A stretch of DNA of 35,182 nucleotides, from positions 1-35,182 of the IMG/VR virus record IMGVR_UViG_3300011583_000001; one strand, written 5' to 3'. The notes below the pieces were generated by a model, which made no database searches, was not told the origin of the DNA, and worked only from the letters and a program-made list of their open reading frames with translations. Positions 9,696 through 18,325 of the stretch are shown here, one piece after another. Source of the stretch: a virus. Numbering within the stretch: position 1 is the stretch's first letter; every line of letters starts with the position of its first letter. The translations under genes and the position numbers were made by a program.

Positions 9696-10862
9696 TTATT
9701 CACCCCCTTTCACAACTGCAGTGTCTAATCTACGTATAGGAACATCTCCACCTTCTACCGGTGCCAATCCTCCTAGTATATTTCTCCATTCATTTGGAGT
9801 TAAAGCTCCTCTATCAACCATTTGCAATAAATTCAATTTCGTTGACATACTTGCATATTGTAAATTACTAGCTTCAAAAATAATTGAGTTCCCAAAACCT
9901 CGTTCTCTCCTATTAAATAATTTTCTAGTATATTCTCCACTCATTTGCATTGCTAAAGGTTCGATTTCTGCTTCATAGTAAGAGTTCCAACCATCTTCTG
10001 TATAGTCAGATTGAACTATCTTACTGTTTGTACCAAAGAATGAATATATTCTTGAAGTTGTTCTATCCATTTGAATTGCATTAGGAACATAGTCATTAGG
10101 TGTAACTTGCTTTGCATCTACTTTCATATCAACACCAGCAGCACCACCAGCATTTTCGATAGATAAAAAATTATCTGTAAAATCTTGTGTTTGTTTTTTA
10201 ATATCATCTGGTCTTAGAGTTTGATTAAACTTAAGCAGCCACTTAATTACATTTGAATTTTTAATAGCTTTAACTATTCCTTGATCTGTAGTTGATACAA
10301 CTTCCATTAACGTTAATAAAGCTTCTCTAGGACTTTCTCCAAAGATATCGTTCTCGTTATAGTCTTGCCTTAAGTGTATTATATCTGTGTATGGATAAGT
10401 AACCATTTTCCCATTTCTCATAGTACATCTTAAAAATAATTCACCTTCACCATTATATAAAGCTTCTGCACTTAAGCAAGGTATAGGATACAATTCATTA
10501 GGGTACCCATTTTCATCACGATTTATATAAATAAAAGCATTGTTGTTAAGTTGTAATTGTGTTGTTACTTTCTCTTGTAACATTTGTCCTGTCATATATG
10601 GATTTGGTTCTTCTAAAATGAACCTCATATATACATCCGGATTAACTTTTAGATTAATTGAACCATCTTTATTAACTGTTTCTCTTATATGTTTTGCTAC
10701 TAACTTTCCCACTGCTTTTGCCTTTGGTCTTATACAAGCTCTAACAATATCACTCTTATATAGATTCCCATTCCACGTATAATATCCATTGCCTTTATCT
10801 GTTATCATTTCAAACCTTGTTTTTGCAGTGCTTTTATTCTTAAATATACTTAGTATTCCCAA
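9696..10862 (-). CDS. Portal protein, HK97 family
   Basis: 388 aa, between TerL and the protease. Confidence 0.8.
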   Translation of the reverse strand: MGILSIFKNKSTAKTRFEMITDKGNGYYTWNGNLYKSDIVRACIRPKAKAVGKLVAKHIRETVNKDGSINLKVNPDVYMRFILEEPNPYMTGQMLQEKVTTQLQLNNNAFIYINRDENGYPNELYPIPCLSAEALYNGEGELFLRCTMRNGKMVTYPYTDIIHLRQDYNENDIFGESPREALLTLMEVVSTTDQGIVKAIKNSNVIKWLLKFNQTLRPDDIKKQTQDFTDNFLSIENAGGAAGVDMKVDAKQVTPNDYVPNAIQMDRTTSRIYSFFGTNSKIVQSDYTEDGWNSYYEAEIEPLAMQMSGEYTRKLFNRRERGFGNSIIFEASNLQYASMSTKLNLLQMVDRGALTPNEWRNILGGLAPVEGGDVPIRRLDTAVVKGGE

Positions 10863-10875
10863 TTCTTCACCTCCT

Positions 10876-12561
10876 TTAAATTAAGTTGATGTAGTTCTCA
10901 TAGTTACGTTCTAAGCATATATAAGCATCTATTAAACTTGCTACACCATCTATTCTTCTTGTTGCTTTACTTGTTTTACATAGCTGTATATTGTCATTTC
11001 TATCAACATCTATTGCAGCATTGCTTAAATTCCACTTCAATATTGGATTATTATTATAATTAATTTTCTTTGCTGCTAGATCTGCTGCCATGTTCTTCAT
11101 AGGGCTTGACATTGTTTTCTTTCCTTGGATAACAGGTTCAGTTGATTCTTTACCAAAATTTTGTTGTAATTCATCAATTATATATTGGCTATTCCAACTA
11201 TCATAACCAATTTTATAAATGTAAATATCTAACTCGTTCTGTACTTCTAAGAACCAATCAGTAACATCTTTATAATTAATCTTATTACCCTCAGATACTC
11301 TCAGTAAATCTTGGTCTAGCCATAAATCATAAGGTATTTTATCAATCTTTGAACGTTCTTCAAGTAAATCAGCTGGCAACCAATACATTTGTTTTACATA
11401 TAAGGTTTCATCATCAAGAACTTTGAATATTATAGTTGCACAAGTTAAATCTGTAGTTGCACTAAGATCTAACCCTCCTATGCAATATCTAGGTTTTAAT
11501 TTTGATATATCAAATGTTGCTGTATTATTCAAATCTTCAAAGGTTAACCATGCTTCAGAAGAAGTTTCTCTAATATTAAACTCTTTACATACTAAATTTT
11601 TAACTAGCATTGAGTTTTGTTTTGCTTTTTCAACCTTAGCTTTTAATGTTGCTAAATTTTTAATGGTTCCTAGTCCTGGATTAGCTTTCTTCCAACAACT
11701 CTCATTTATCCACTCTTTACGATCATCTAACTCATAAATAAAAGCTATGAAATGCTCGTCATGGTAACCATTGACATCATCATAGCCATTAATAACTCTT
11801 TCAGCTTCATCATATTTTTGGTCGTATATATCTTCTCTAACTGTTCCAGCTGTAGAAGTAATATACACAAGAGGTTGTTCTCTAGCACTTACACCATCTG
11901 CCATTATGTCATATAATGCTTTTCCATTTTTCCATTGGTGTATTTCATCCATTAATACACAATGTATATTAAGTCCATCTAAAGTATCGCTATCACTTGC
12001 AAGCGGCTTAAATACTCCATCATTAAAATCACTATCTATTTCAGCTACTAATGGTCTAATTCTCTTTCGTAATGCTGGGGACTTTTTTATCATTCTTTTA
12101 GATTCAAGCCATATAATTTTTGATTGGTCTTTTTTAGTAGCAACTGCATATATTTCTGGTCCTGGTTCTCCATCTCCAACTTGCATATATAATCCAACGA
12201 TAGATGCAAGTAAAGATTTACCGTTTTTCTTTCCAACTATTAAAACAGATTCTCTATATTTTCTATTGCCTTCAATGTCAATAAATCCAAAAACTACAGC
12301 AAGATGTGCCTTTTCCCACAGCTCTAATCTAACCGGTTGTCCCCCAAATTTACCTTTACTATGTCTACAATAGTTCTCTGCAAATTCTAAAATATGATTT
12401 GCTCTTGAATTACTGTAATAATACTCACTATTGTTGTTATTTAATTGTGATACTATATGCTTATAAGTCTTATAAATCTTTTTAGAAACAACTTCTTTAC
12501 CACTTTTAATTAATTCCCAATAATCTAATATTGGATTATAATCCGCTGAGTATTTAATCAT
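10876..12561 (-). CDS. terL: Terminase large subunit
   Basis: 561 aa. Walker A-like VGKKNGKS, LMDEIH Walker B, and a C-terminal nuclease region. It overlaps terS. Confidence 0.85.
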   Translation of the reverse strand: MIKYSADYNPILDYWELIKSGKEVVSKKIYKTYKHIVSQLNNNNSEYYYSNSRANHILEFAENYCRHSKGKFGGQPVRLELWEKAHLAVVFGFIDIEGNRKYRESVLIVGKKNGKSLLASIVGLYMQVGDGEPGPEIYAVATKKDQSKIIWLESKRMIKKSPALRKRIRPLVAEIDSDFNDGVFKPLASDSDTLDGLNIHCVLMDEIHQWKNGKALYDIMADGVSAREQPLVYITSTAGTVREDIYDQKYDEAERVINGYDDVNGYHDEHFIAFIYELDDRKEWINESCWKKANPGLGTIKNLATLKAKVEKAKQNSMLVKNLVCKEFNIRETSSEAWLTFEDLNNTATFDISKLKPRYCIGGLDLSATTDLTCATIIFKVLDDETLYVKQMYWLPADLLEERSKIDKIPYDLWLDQDLLRVSEGNKINYKDVTDWFLEVQNELDIYIYKIGYDSWNSQYIIDELQQNFGKESTEPVIQGKKTMSSPMKNMAADLAAKKINYNNNPILKWNLSNAAIDVDRNDNIQLCKTSKATRRIDGVASLIDAYICLERNYENYINLI

Positions 12562-12943
12562 CCCTATTACCTACGAATTCATCAAACCCATCAGATACAT
12601 TTACCTCTTTTTCTTTAGGTAAAAAATCATTTAATGATTTCATTGCAGTTATATAATTTTTAACCATGGCATTATAAATTTCTACTTCTGGTGACTTCTT
12701 AGTTCCCCATTGATTTTCTCCATTTTGATATTCTGTAATCATTCCATTTTCATTTAATGTAGATTGTAAATCTCTTAAAGTCACTGCCATGAAAGCAGCA
12801 TTTTGAATTAATGACTCCACTGTCTTTTTTACATTTTTATCTAAGTCTTTGAAAAGGATACTAATTTTCTTTATCTCTTTTTTAATCTCTAAATCTTTTG
12901 CTATCTCTTTGCATTTATCTTTCGTGTTTTTTGCTTTTGCCAC
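12554..12943 (-). CDS. terS: Terminase small subunit (P27-like)
   Basis: 129 aa directly upstream of, and overlapping, terL. Helical and basic. Confidence 0.6.
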   Translation of the reverse strand: MAKAKNTKDKCKEIAKDLEIKKEIKKISILFKDLDKNVKKTVESLIQNAAFMAVTLRDLQSTLNENGMITEYQNGENQWGTKKSPEVEIYNAMVKNYITAMKSLNDFLPKEKEVNVSDGFDEFVGNRDD

Positions 12944-13102
12944 ATACTACACCACCCCTCTAAATTCTCCTGTGCGTTACACAAAAGTTCCCCGCCGGTC
13001 TTATCATATCTCTTATAAACATTGATAATAGGGGGGACTACTGCTATTAATAATATTATTATCTAGCAACATATATCACTTATTTTTTTTATAATAGCTT
13101 AT
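12944..13102. other. Non-coding, locally GC-richer spacer between HNH and terS; candidate cos/packaging site
   Basis: Contains cacccctc, ccccgccggtc and aggggggac in otherwise AT-rich DNA. HNH plus terminase phages usually carry cos at this position. Confidence 0.3.
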
Positions 13103-13414
13103 CTACTCCTTCTCTATTAACTCACCATTACAATCAAACATTACATCTTCTCTTATGTTATCTAAATATGAATAGTGAATATGATTATGACATTCTGTAC
13201 ATACATACATTAAGTTATCCCAACCAAGAGTTAAGTAAGCATCACTTATATTATCTGGTGTTATATATTCTTTATGGTGTAGTATGTTGCCAGGCACTAT
13301 CTTTCCCTTCTCCATACATCTTTCACATAATCCATTTACACTATTAATATAAGCCTTCCTACATTCTTTCCATGCTTTGCTATTATAAAAAGGTTTTGCA
13401 AATGCTTTAGCCAT
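13103..13414 (-). CDS. HNH endonuclease (packaging-associated)
   Basis: CERC...HHKEYITPDN...CTECHNHIH motif, adjacent to the terminase genes. Confidence 0.8.
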   Translation of the reverse strand: MAKAFAKPFYNSKAWKECRKAYINSVNGLCERCMEKGKIVPGNILHHKEYITPDNISDAYLTLGWDNLMYVCTECHNHIHYSYLDNIREDVMFDCNGELIEKE

Positions 13415-13419
13415 ATCTG

Positions 13420-13566
13420 TTACCTACATATTTTATTATTAATTTCTACAATCTCATATTTGCATGGAATAATAATAACTTTCTCTCCAGTTCTTTTGGA
13501 TAGCTCTTCTTCATCTTTAGATATTTGTTCATCACTTAAACTAACTAACGACTTTAAAATTATCAT
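13420..13566 (-). CDS. Hypothetical 48-aa protein (below the track cut-off)
   Basis: AGGAGGGG lies 5 nt before the ATG. Translation: MIILKSLVSLSDEQISKDEEELSKRTGEKVIIIPCKYEIVEINNKICR. Confidence 0.45.
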   Translation of the reverse strand: MIILKSLVSLSDEQISKDEEELSKRTGEKVIIIPCKYEIVEINNKICR

Positions 13567-13761
13567 ATTTACCCCTCCTTTTTATACGAATATTATATTA
13601 AATATTTTAATTATAGTTCGTATTTTTTCGTTTGAACGTTTCATTATCATGGAGAATCACACATTCATATTTTAAAATTACTTCTTCTATATGCATTTGT
13701 TTTTTTACTTTGAATGTTTATACTTTAATTTTTTAAACATTCATACTCTAAAAAAATAAAA

Positions 13762-14367
13762 TCACCTTAGAAAATCATCTAGTGACTTACTATATTGGTG
13801 ATATAAATCTCGATCTAAACCTATATATAATTTTGTTTCTTCTATGCTGCTATGACCTAACATTTCTTTTACTGCTACTATATTATTTTCACTTTCTAAA
13901 TATATTTTATAAGCATAAGTCTTACGCATACTATGAGCAGATATGTCTTGCAGTCCAAAATATTCTCCAGCTTCCTTAAGTGCATTGCTTACTGCCTGAA
14001 CACCTATATGCTGATTAATTCCTTTTCTACTCTGAAATACATATTCATAATCCTTTTTATCTTTAATATATTCTTTCAGTATAGCTGCTAATTTAGGTCT
14101 TATTTCTACTATTCTTGGTCTTCTGTTCTTTTCTCTTATGTTCTTTGAATTCTTTTTTTTACCTTCAAATATTTCAAACTCTTTTCTCTTTAGTGCTTCT
14201 CTTATATCTCTTACTTTAAGACTTACTAAATCTCCTGCTCTATATCCTGTTGTTATGCCTACAGTAAAAAGCACATAATTTCTATAACTCCTATATCTGA
14301 GATAATCTTGTACATCTTTTACTTTTTCAGCTGATTTAATAGGCTTAGAAGGTCTCTTTTTTATCAC
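13762..14367 (-). CDS. Small tyrosine recombinase (XerC/D-like; likely multimer resolution)
   Basis: Catalytic pattern R (YRAGDL), HSMRKT, LGHSS and the Y of TKLYIG. GTG start after AGGTGA. No arm-binding N domain. Confidence 0.8.
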   Translation of the reverse strand: MIKKRPSKPIKSAEKVKDVQDYLRYRSYRNYVLFTVGITTGYRAGDLVSLKVRDIREALKRKEFEIFEGKKKNSKNIREKNRRPRIVEIRPKLAAILKEYIKDKKDYEYVFQSRKGINQHIGVQAVSNALKEAGEYFGLQDISAHSMRKTYAYKIYLESENNIVAVKEMLGHSSIEETKLYIGLDRDLYHQYSKSLDDFLR

Positions 14368-14369
14368 AT

Positions 14370-14519
14370 TTACTTCACCTGCCTAATACTTCCACCATGT
14401 CCTCTTTTGTAAGAACTATGTCTCATAAGTTCCTCAATTTCTTTTTCAGTAAGCTTTTTCTTAGAGTGTTGCTTACTGTTACTCGATTGTTTACCTTTTA
14501 CTTTTTTATCTGCATCCAC
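14370..14519 (-). CDS. Hypothetical basic 49-aa protein
   Basis: GTG after GAGGTGAG. Lys-rich. The ORF ends 2 nt before the recombinase start. Confidence 0.3.
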   Translation of the reverse strand: MDADKKVKGKQSSNSKQHSKKKLTEKEIEELMRHSSYKRGHGGSIRQVK

Positions 14520-14542
14520 ACTCTCACCTCACTTATTTTCGC

Positions 14543-14577
14543 ATAAAAAAAGCACCTACAAAACTTGTAAGTGCTTT
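14543..14577 (-). terminator. Rho-independent terminator ending the early operon
   Basis: Stem aaagcacctac/gtaagtgcttt (1 mismatch) followed on the minus strand by TTTTTTT. Confidence 0.6.
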
Positions 14578-14672
14578 CTATATTATTTTAGAAAAGGGGT
14601 TTTTCATTTGTTCTCTATGATATTATCATAATATTAAAATATCAATTTGTCTGTATCATCTTTGTATCATCT

Positions 14673-15104
14673 TTATACTCTTTTTAGATAATTAGCATGT
14701 ATTCTTCTTACATGAACATAACTGTATCCTATTTCTGTAGCTATCTCTTTTAAGCTTTTGCCTTCAACCTCTTTAAGAAAAATAATCTTTTTCTCTAAAT
14801 TATTAAAACCATTTATTTTTGCATATATTTCTTTTAATGTATTTTCTTTTATTTTGAGTGTATCTATCTCTAAATACATATTATTTTCACATCTTCTAAG
14901 TGCATCAATCCAATATATAATATCTCTATGTTCTGGAGAACCTTTAGGCATACCATCATAAGTTATACTACTAACCTCAGAAGGACCTTTTTCTAAATTT
15001 TTAACTAATAACATTCTTTCTTCGTCTAATCCTCTTAATCTCATTTTAATTAGCTCTATGTCTTCTTTTAGTTCTTTACAGCTTTCTATAACTCGCTTAT
15101 CCAT
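14673..15104 (-). CDS. ArpU-family / sigma-70 region-4-like late transcription regulator
   Basis: The C-terminus EGKSLKEIATEIGYSYVHVRRIHANYLKRV is a sigma region-4-type HTH. About 140 aa, and the last gene of the early operon. Confidence 0.55.
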   Translation of the reverse strand: MDKRVIESCKELKEDIELIKMRLRGLDEERMLLVKNLEKGPSEVSSITYDGMPKGSPEHRDIIYWIDALRRCENNMYLEIDTLKIKENTLKEIYAKINGFNNLEKKIIFLKEVEGKSLKEIATEIGYSYVHVRRIHANYLKRV

Positions 15105-15121
15105 TTAATCCCTCCAGTTCA

Positions 15122-15469
15122 TTATTCTTTTACATCTACTTCTATTCCAGTTTTAATTATCCAACCTCTATTAATTAACTTGTCCTTATGTTCAAAATTA
15201 ATATCCTGGATAAGATTTTCTTCATCTAGTGTTGCTGCTTGTCTATTGCATTTCCATAAGATTAATATACAAATTTGTATTAAATCAAAGGTTTCTCGAG
15301 TTATCTCTTTTAGATCATGTAAACTCTTTGATTTTTTATAACTATTAATTGCTTCTACTACCTCTTTAAATTCCTCTTTTAACTTTTTATCTATGTCAAT
15401 AAACTCTATTTTCTCATTATCTATGTTTAGTCCCGAATTATTTTTTAGTACATGAAACATTAATTTCAT
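15122..15469 (-). CDS. Hypothetical protein (possibly a MazG-like all-alpha NTP pyrophosphohydrolase)
   Basis: EEFKEVVEA...ETFDLIQ gives an acidic helix pattern. The function is weakly supported. Confidence 0.5.
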   Translation of the reverse strand: MKLMFHVLKNNSGLNIDNEKIEFIDIDKKLKEEFKEVVEAINSYKKSKSLHDLKEITRETFDLIQICILILWKCNRQAATLDEENLIQDINFEHKDKLINRGWIIKTGIEVDVKE

Positions 15470-15493
15470 ACGTTTTACATCTCCTTTTTAATT

Positions 15494-15625
15494 TTAGTCT
15501 CGTTTTTCTAGCGGAGTACCATTCTTGCAATTTTCAAAGTGATGGCATTTATCACAACTCTTTAAATTAGCACAATCATTCATTTTTTTAAACCTTTTAT
15601 CCAATCCCTTATTCCAATTTTTCAA
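15494..15625 (-). CDS. Small Cys/His-rich hypothetical protein
   Basis: TTG 8 nt after GAAGGAG. Contains CANLKSCDKCHHFENC. Below the track cut-off. Confidence 0.3.
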   Translation of the reverse strand: MKNWNKGLDKRFKKMNDCANLKSCDKCHHFENCKNGTPLEKRD

Positions 15626-15655
15626 CTCAATCACTCCTTCTACAAATATCTGCAT

Positions 15656-16084
15656 TTATGGATTAATCTTTTTTAAAAATCCACTAAGCCATTCAGTAAA
15701 ATCTATTTCTTGTGGCTTACTTGGATAATTCCCTCTTCCCCAAGGCAAATACTTAGATGCAAAATATGTGAAACTATTTGAAGTCCATTTTGCATAGTAT
15801 AATGTATCAACTCTTTTGCCTATCCAGTATTCATCTTCACTTTCACAGTAATAGAACTTTATACTATCATCTTCATCTTTATTCTCCATATAAATAAGTA
15901 ACGTAGCCATTGCATTTACTGCTGTATCGAAATGTTCTCCGACTTCTTTGTAATCTTCTTTTCCTTGGCCATCTATATTTGCTGATAATACTTGAGATTG
16001 TAATATAGGTTTTAACTGCGATAATCCTGATATAGCATCTGTTAAACCTTCTTTACTAAATTTAAATACTTTAATACCATCCAT
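15656..16084 (-). CDS. Hypothetical protein; its N-terminal about 70 aa are paralogous to 17302..17526
   Basis: GIKVFKFSKEGLTDAISGLSQLKPILQSQVL aligns with DIKVIKLSEEELEESISGLTQLKPILQQMVL. Confidence 0.6.
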   Translation of the reverse strand: MDGIKVFKFSKEGLTDAISGLSQLKPILQSQVLSANIDGQGKEDYKEVGEHFDTAVNAMATLLIYMENKDEDDSIKFYYCESEDEYWIGKRVDTLYYAKWTSNSFTYFASKYLPWGRGNYPSKPQEIDFTEWLSGFLKKINP

Positions 16085-16127
16085 GTATTAACCCTCCTTT
16101 AATTTCACCCTGTTCTTGAATTATGAA

Positions 16128-16385
16128 TTAATCTTCGTCAATTTCTACTTGTCCTGACTCTTCTAACCATTTTTCTACACATTCTAAACAAGTGTAAGCT
16201 GATACTGCTCCATCATCAGTAAATCCACTTTCACATAATGCCTGTTCACCTTGTTTTATCTCTCTTTCACAAGATACACATCTATGATAATTTCTACATT
16301 TAACAACCTTCTCTTTATAATTTCTTATATCTTCGTCTAACCCATAAATGCCACTATCAATATATAAATCTTTATCATATTTCAT
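16128..16385 (-). CDS. Hypothetical zinc-ribbon protein
   Basis: CVSC...CLEC cysteine pairs. Confidence 0.55.
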   Translation of the reverse strand: MKYDKDLYIDSGIYGLDEDIRNYKEKVVKCRNYHRCVSCEREIKQGEQALCESGFTDDGAVSAYTCLECVEKWLEESGQVEIDED

Positions 16386-16413
16386 ACTTTATCTCCTTCA
16401 CAATTTCTACAAA

Positions 16414-16971
16414 CTACGAACATTCTTCTTGATTCCTAATCTCGCTCTCTATCAACTTTTTATAAGCCAAAAGATATTTTTGATTATTACCATAGTACAT
16501 ATGGATCAACCCTTCACATAAATCAATCCAATCTTTGTATTCTCCAAAATTAAATATCCAATAATGTCTTTCATTGTTTAACTCTGGTACATAACCACTT
16601 ATAAGATATTCTTTATACATATCAAGAATATGCCTTGACTTATCGGCACAACAACAACTACCTTCTCGCCTAATAATCAACTTTTCTATATTGCTTTTCA
16701 TGAAATTATAATTTAAATATAAAAATTTTATTGTACTTAAATTATTAATATCATGTGGTGCTGAACATATTTCAGTTACTACTATACCCAGTACTTGACT
16801 TAACTCCCAACTAACCATAACGTTAAATGTATCTAAATTCTCTATATCATATCCACTGTTTTTTAAATTGCTAATAATCTCAGCATAATTTGCTTTAACT
16901 TCGTTTTCATGATTTGATAATAATGATGAAAATATATTTTTTATAGCATCTTGAACCTTCTCTTTTCCCAT
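16414..16971 (-). CDS. Hypothetical protein
   Basis: 185-aa ORF in the operon, co-oriented with its neighbours. Confidence 0.55.
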   Translation of the reverse strand: MGKEKVQDAIKNIFSSLLSNHENEVKANYAEIISNLKNSGYDIENLDTFNVMVSWELSQVLGIVVTEICSAPHDINNLSTIKFLYLNYNFMKSNIEKLIIRREGSCCCADKSRHILDMYKEYLISGYVPELNNERHYWIFNFGEYKDWIDLCEGLIHMYYGNNQKYLLAYKKLIESEIRNQEECS

Positions 16972-16998
16972 TGATTGATTCCCCTTTCAAACTAAAAT

Positions 16999-17301
16999 CT
17001 AAATTAAGCTACCATCAATAAGCAATACCACATGTTTAAAAAGTTTTATTTTATTCTCAAAATCTTTTATAATATCCTCTTTAAACTTGAATAAAATTCC
17101 GCATTCTTCTGCTTCTATATATTTTTCTAATGCCATATCTTTAGTTATTTCTACTGGCTTTATATCACCATAAAACTGATTAAATTCTTCTTCGCTTCCA
17201 CCCTCTACTTCTCCTATATAGTGTTTTATTGCTTTCTCCTCTGATTCATCAGCTATAAGTGCATAAAATTGATACCCTTTATCAAATTCATAAAATTTCA
17301 T
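16999..17301 (-). CDS. Hypothetical acidic protein
   Basis: 100-aa ORF abutting the upstream gene (17301/17302). Confidence 0.55.
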   Translation of the reverse strand: MKFYEFDKGYQFYALIADESEEKAIKHYIGEVEGGSEEEFNQFYGDIKPVEITKDMALEKYIEAEECGILFKFKEDIIKDFENKIKLFKHVVLLIDGSLI

Positions 17302-17526
17302 TTACTCACCTTCCACCTTTCCCATATAAGCAAGAATAGTAACCATAGAATTTATTGCAATGTCAATATGCTGTCCTATTTCTCTAGAATCTTTTAAACC
17401 TTGTGCCATATTCATTCCATTACCTTTAAGAACCATTTGTTGTAATATAGGTTTTAACTGTGTCAACCCACTAATTGACTCCTCTAATTCCTCTTCACTT
17501 AATTTAATAACTTTTATATCTTCCAT
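17302..17526 (-). CDS. Hypothetical protein, paralogue of the 15656..16084 N-terminal domain
   Basis: I chose the ATG at 17526, which lies 8 nt after AAAGGAAG. Confidence 0.55.
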   Translation of the reverse strand: MEDIKVIKLSEEELEESISGLTQLKPILQQMVLKGNGMNMAQGLKDSREIGQHIDIAINSMVTILAYMGKVEGE

Positions 17527-17552
17527 TTTCACTACTTCCTTTCTTCTGGACC

Positions 17553-17706
17553 TCAACTCCTCATTACAACAGAGGGAGCGACTTTATTATATTTATATTC
17601 TAGGGGGCTAAAATGCTAACATAACTTTGTGATTAACTACTTTCACCTCACTTTTTATTTTTGGTTTTAGTAGTTAATACTTCCCTCTGTTCTAAACAAG
17701 AGTTGA
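17553..17706. other. Structured intergenic element with nested long-range inverted repeats
   Basis: tcaactc(17553-59)/gagttga(17700-06), aacagaggga(17568-77)/tccctctgtt(17682-91) and attaactact(17632-41)/agtagttaat(17669-78). Confidence 0.4.
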
Positions 17707-17726
17707 AGCCTATTTATTAAAATAAT

Positions 17727-18110
17727 TTAGAATGGACCATCATCACCATCATCTACTGGAGTATAATCATTATTACCTTGCCCTTGGTTCTTATTTCCCC
17801 ATTCAAGGAAACTTACTTCATCTGCTACTACCTCAGTAACATATCTTCTTCCTCCGTCTTTAGCTTCATAAGAACGAGTTTCAATTCTTCCAGCTACACT
17901 TAAAAGCTTACCTTTACTCATGTAATTGGCAGTACTTTCAGCTTGTTTACCCCACACTACTACTGGTATAAAATCAGCATCCGGTTGACCTTCTTTCTTG
18001 AATCTTCTGTTTACTGCTATAGTAAATGTTGTTACTGCAGTTCCTGTTCCTGGAGTAAACTTTAGCTCAGGTTCTCTAGTTAATCTTCCAATCAAAACAA
18101 CTTTATTCAT
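17727..18110 (-). CDS. ssb: Single-stranded DNA-binding protein
   Basis: MNKVVLIGRLTREPELKFT... OB fold and an acidic tail DDGDDGPF. The ATG at 18110 lies 8 nt after AGGTGG. Confidence 0.85.
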   Translation of the reverse strand: MNKVVLIGRLTREPELKFTPGTGTAVTTFTIAVNRRFKKEGQPDADFIPVVVWGKQAESTANYMSKGKLLSVAGRIETRSYEAKDGGRRYVTEVVADEVSFLEWGNKNQGQGNNDYTPVDDGDDGPF

Positions 18111-18111
18111 G

Positions 18112-18315
18112 CTACATACCACCTAATACTTTAATTTCTCCAGCTACAAAGCTAGATAGGAGAAAACACTCTTTATAGTTTTTGCCTTGGAATAAAACAA
18201 AATCATCATATATTCCTTCAACCTTAACTCTTTTGTTTACTATGCCTTTTCTGTCATTAACTCGTTTTGGTCTTATACTTACTGTCAATTCTTGTCCCTT
18301 TTCAAAATTAAACAT
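18112..18315 (-). CDS. Hypothetical protein
   Basis: AGGAGG 6 nt before the ATG. Confidence 0.55.
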   Translation of the reverse strand: MFNFEKGQELTVSIRPKRVNDRKGIVNKRVKVEGIYDDFVLFQGKNYKECFLLSSFVAGEIKVLGGM

Positions 18316-18325
18316 TGTAATCCTC

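Noticed and set aside
12944-13102. The GC-rich spacer as a tRNA or other small RNA gene.
   Set aside because: I could not fold a cloverleaf with acceptor and T-arm features, and no promoter/terminator pair is evident. A packaging site fits the context better.
13762-14367. Tyrosine recombinase as evidence of a chromosomally integrating prophage.
   Set aside because: The protein is short (201 aa) with no arm-binding domain. No attP-like core with arm sites is evident, and the element carries full plasmid replication and partition functions. Integration cannot be excluded from sequence alone.
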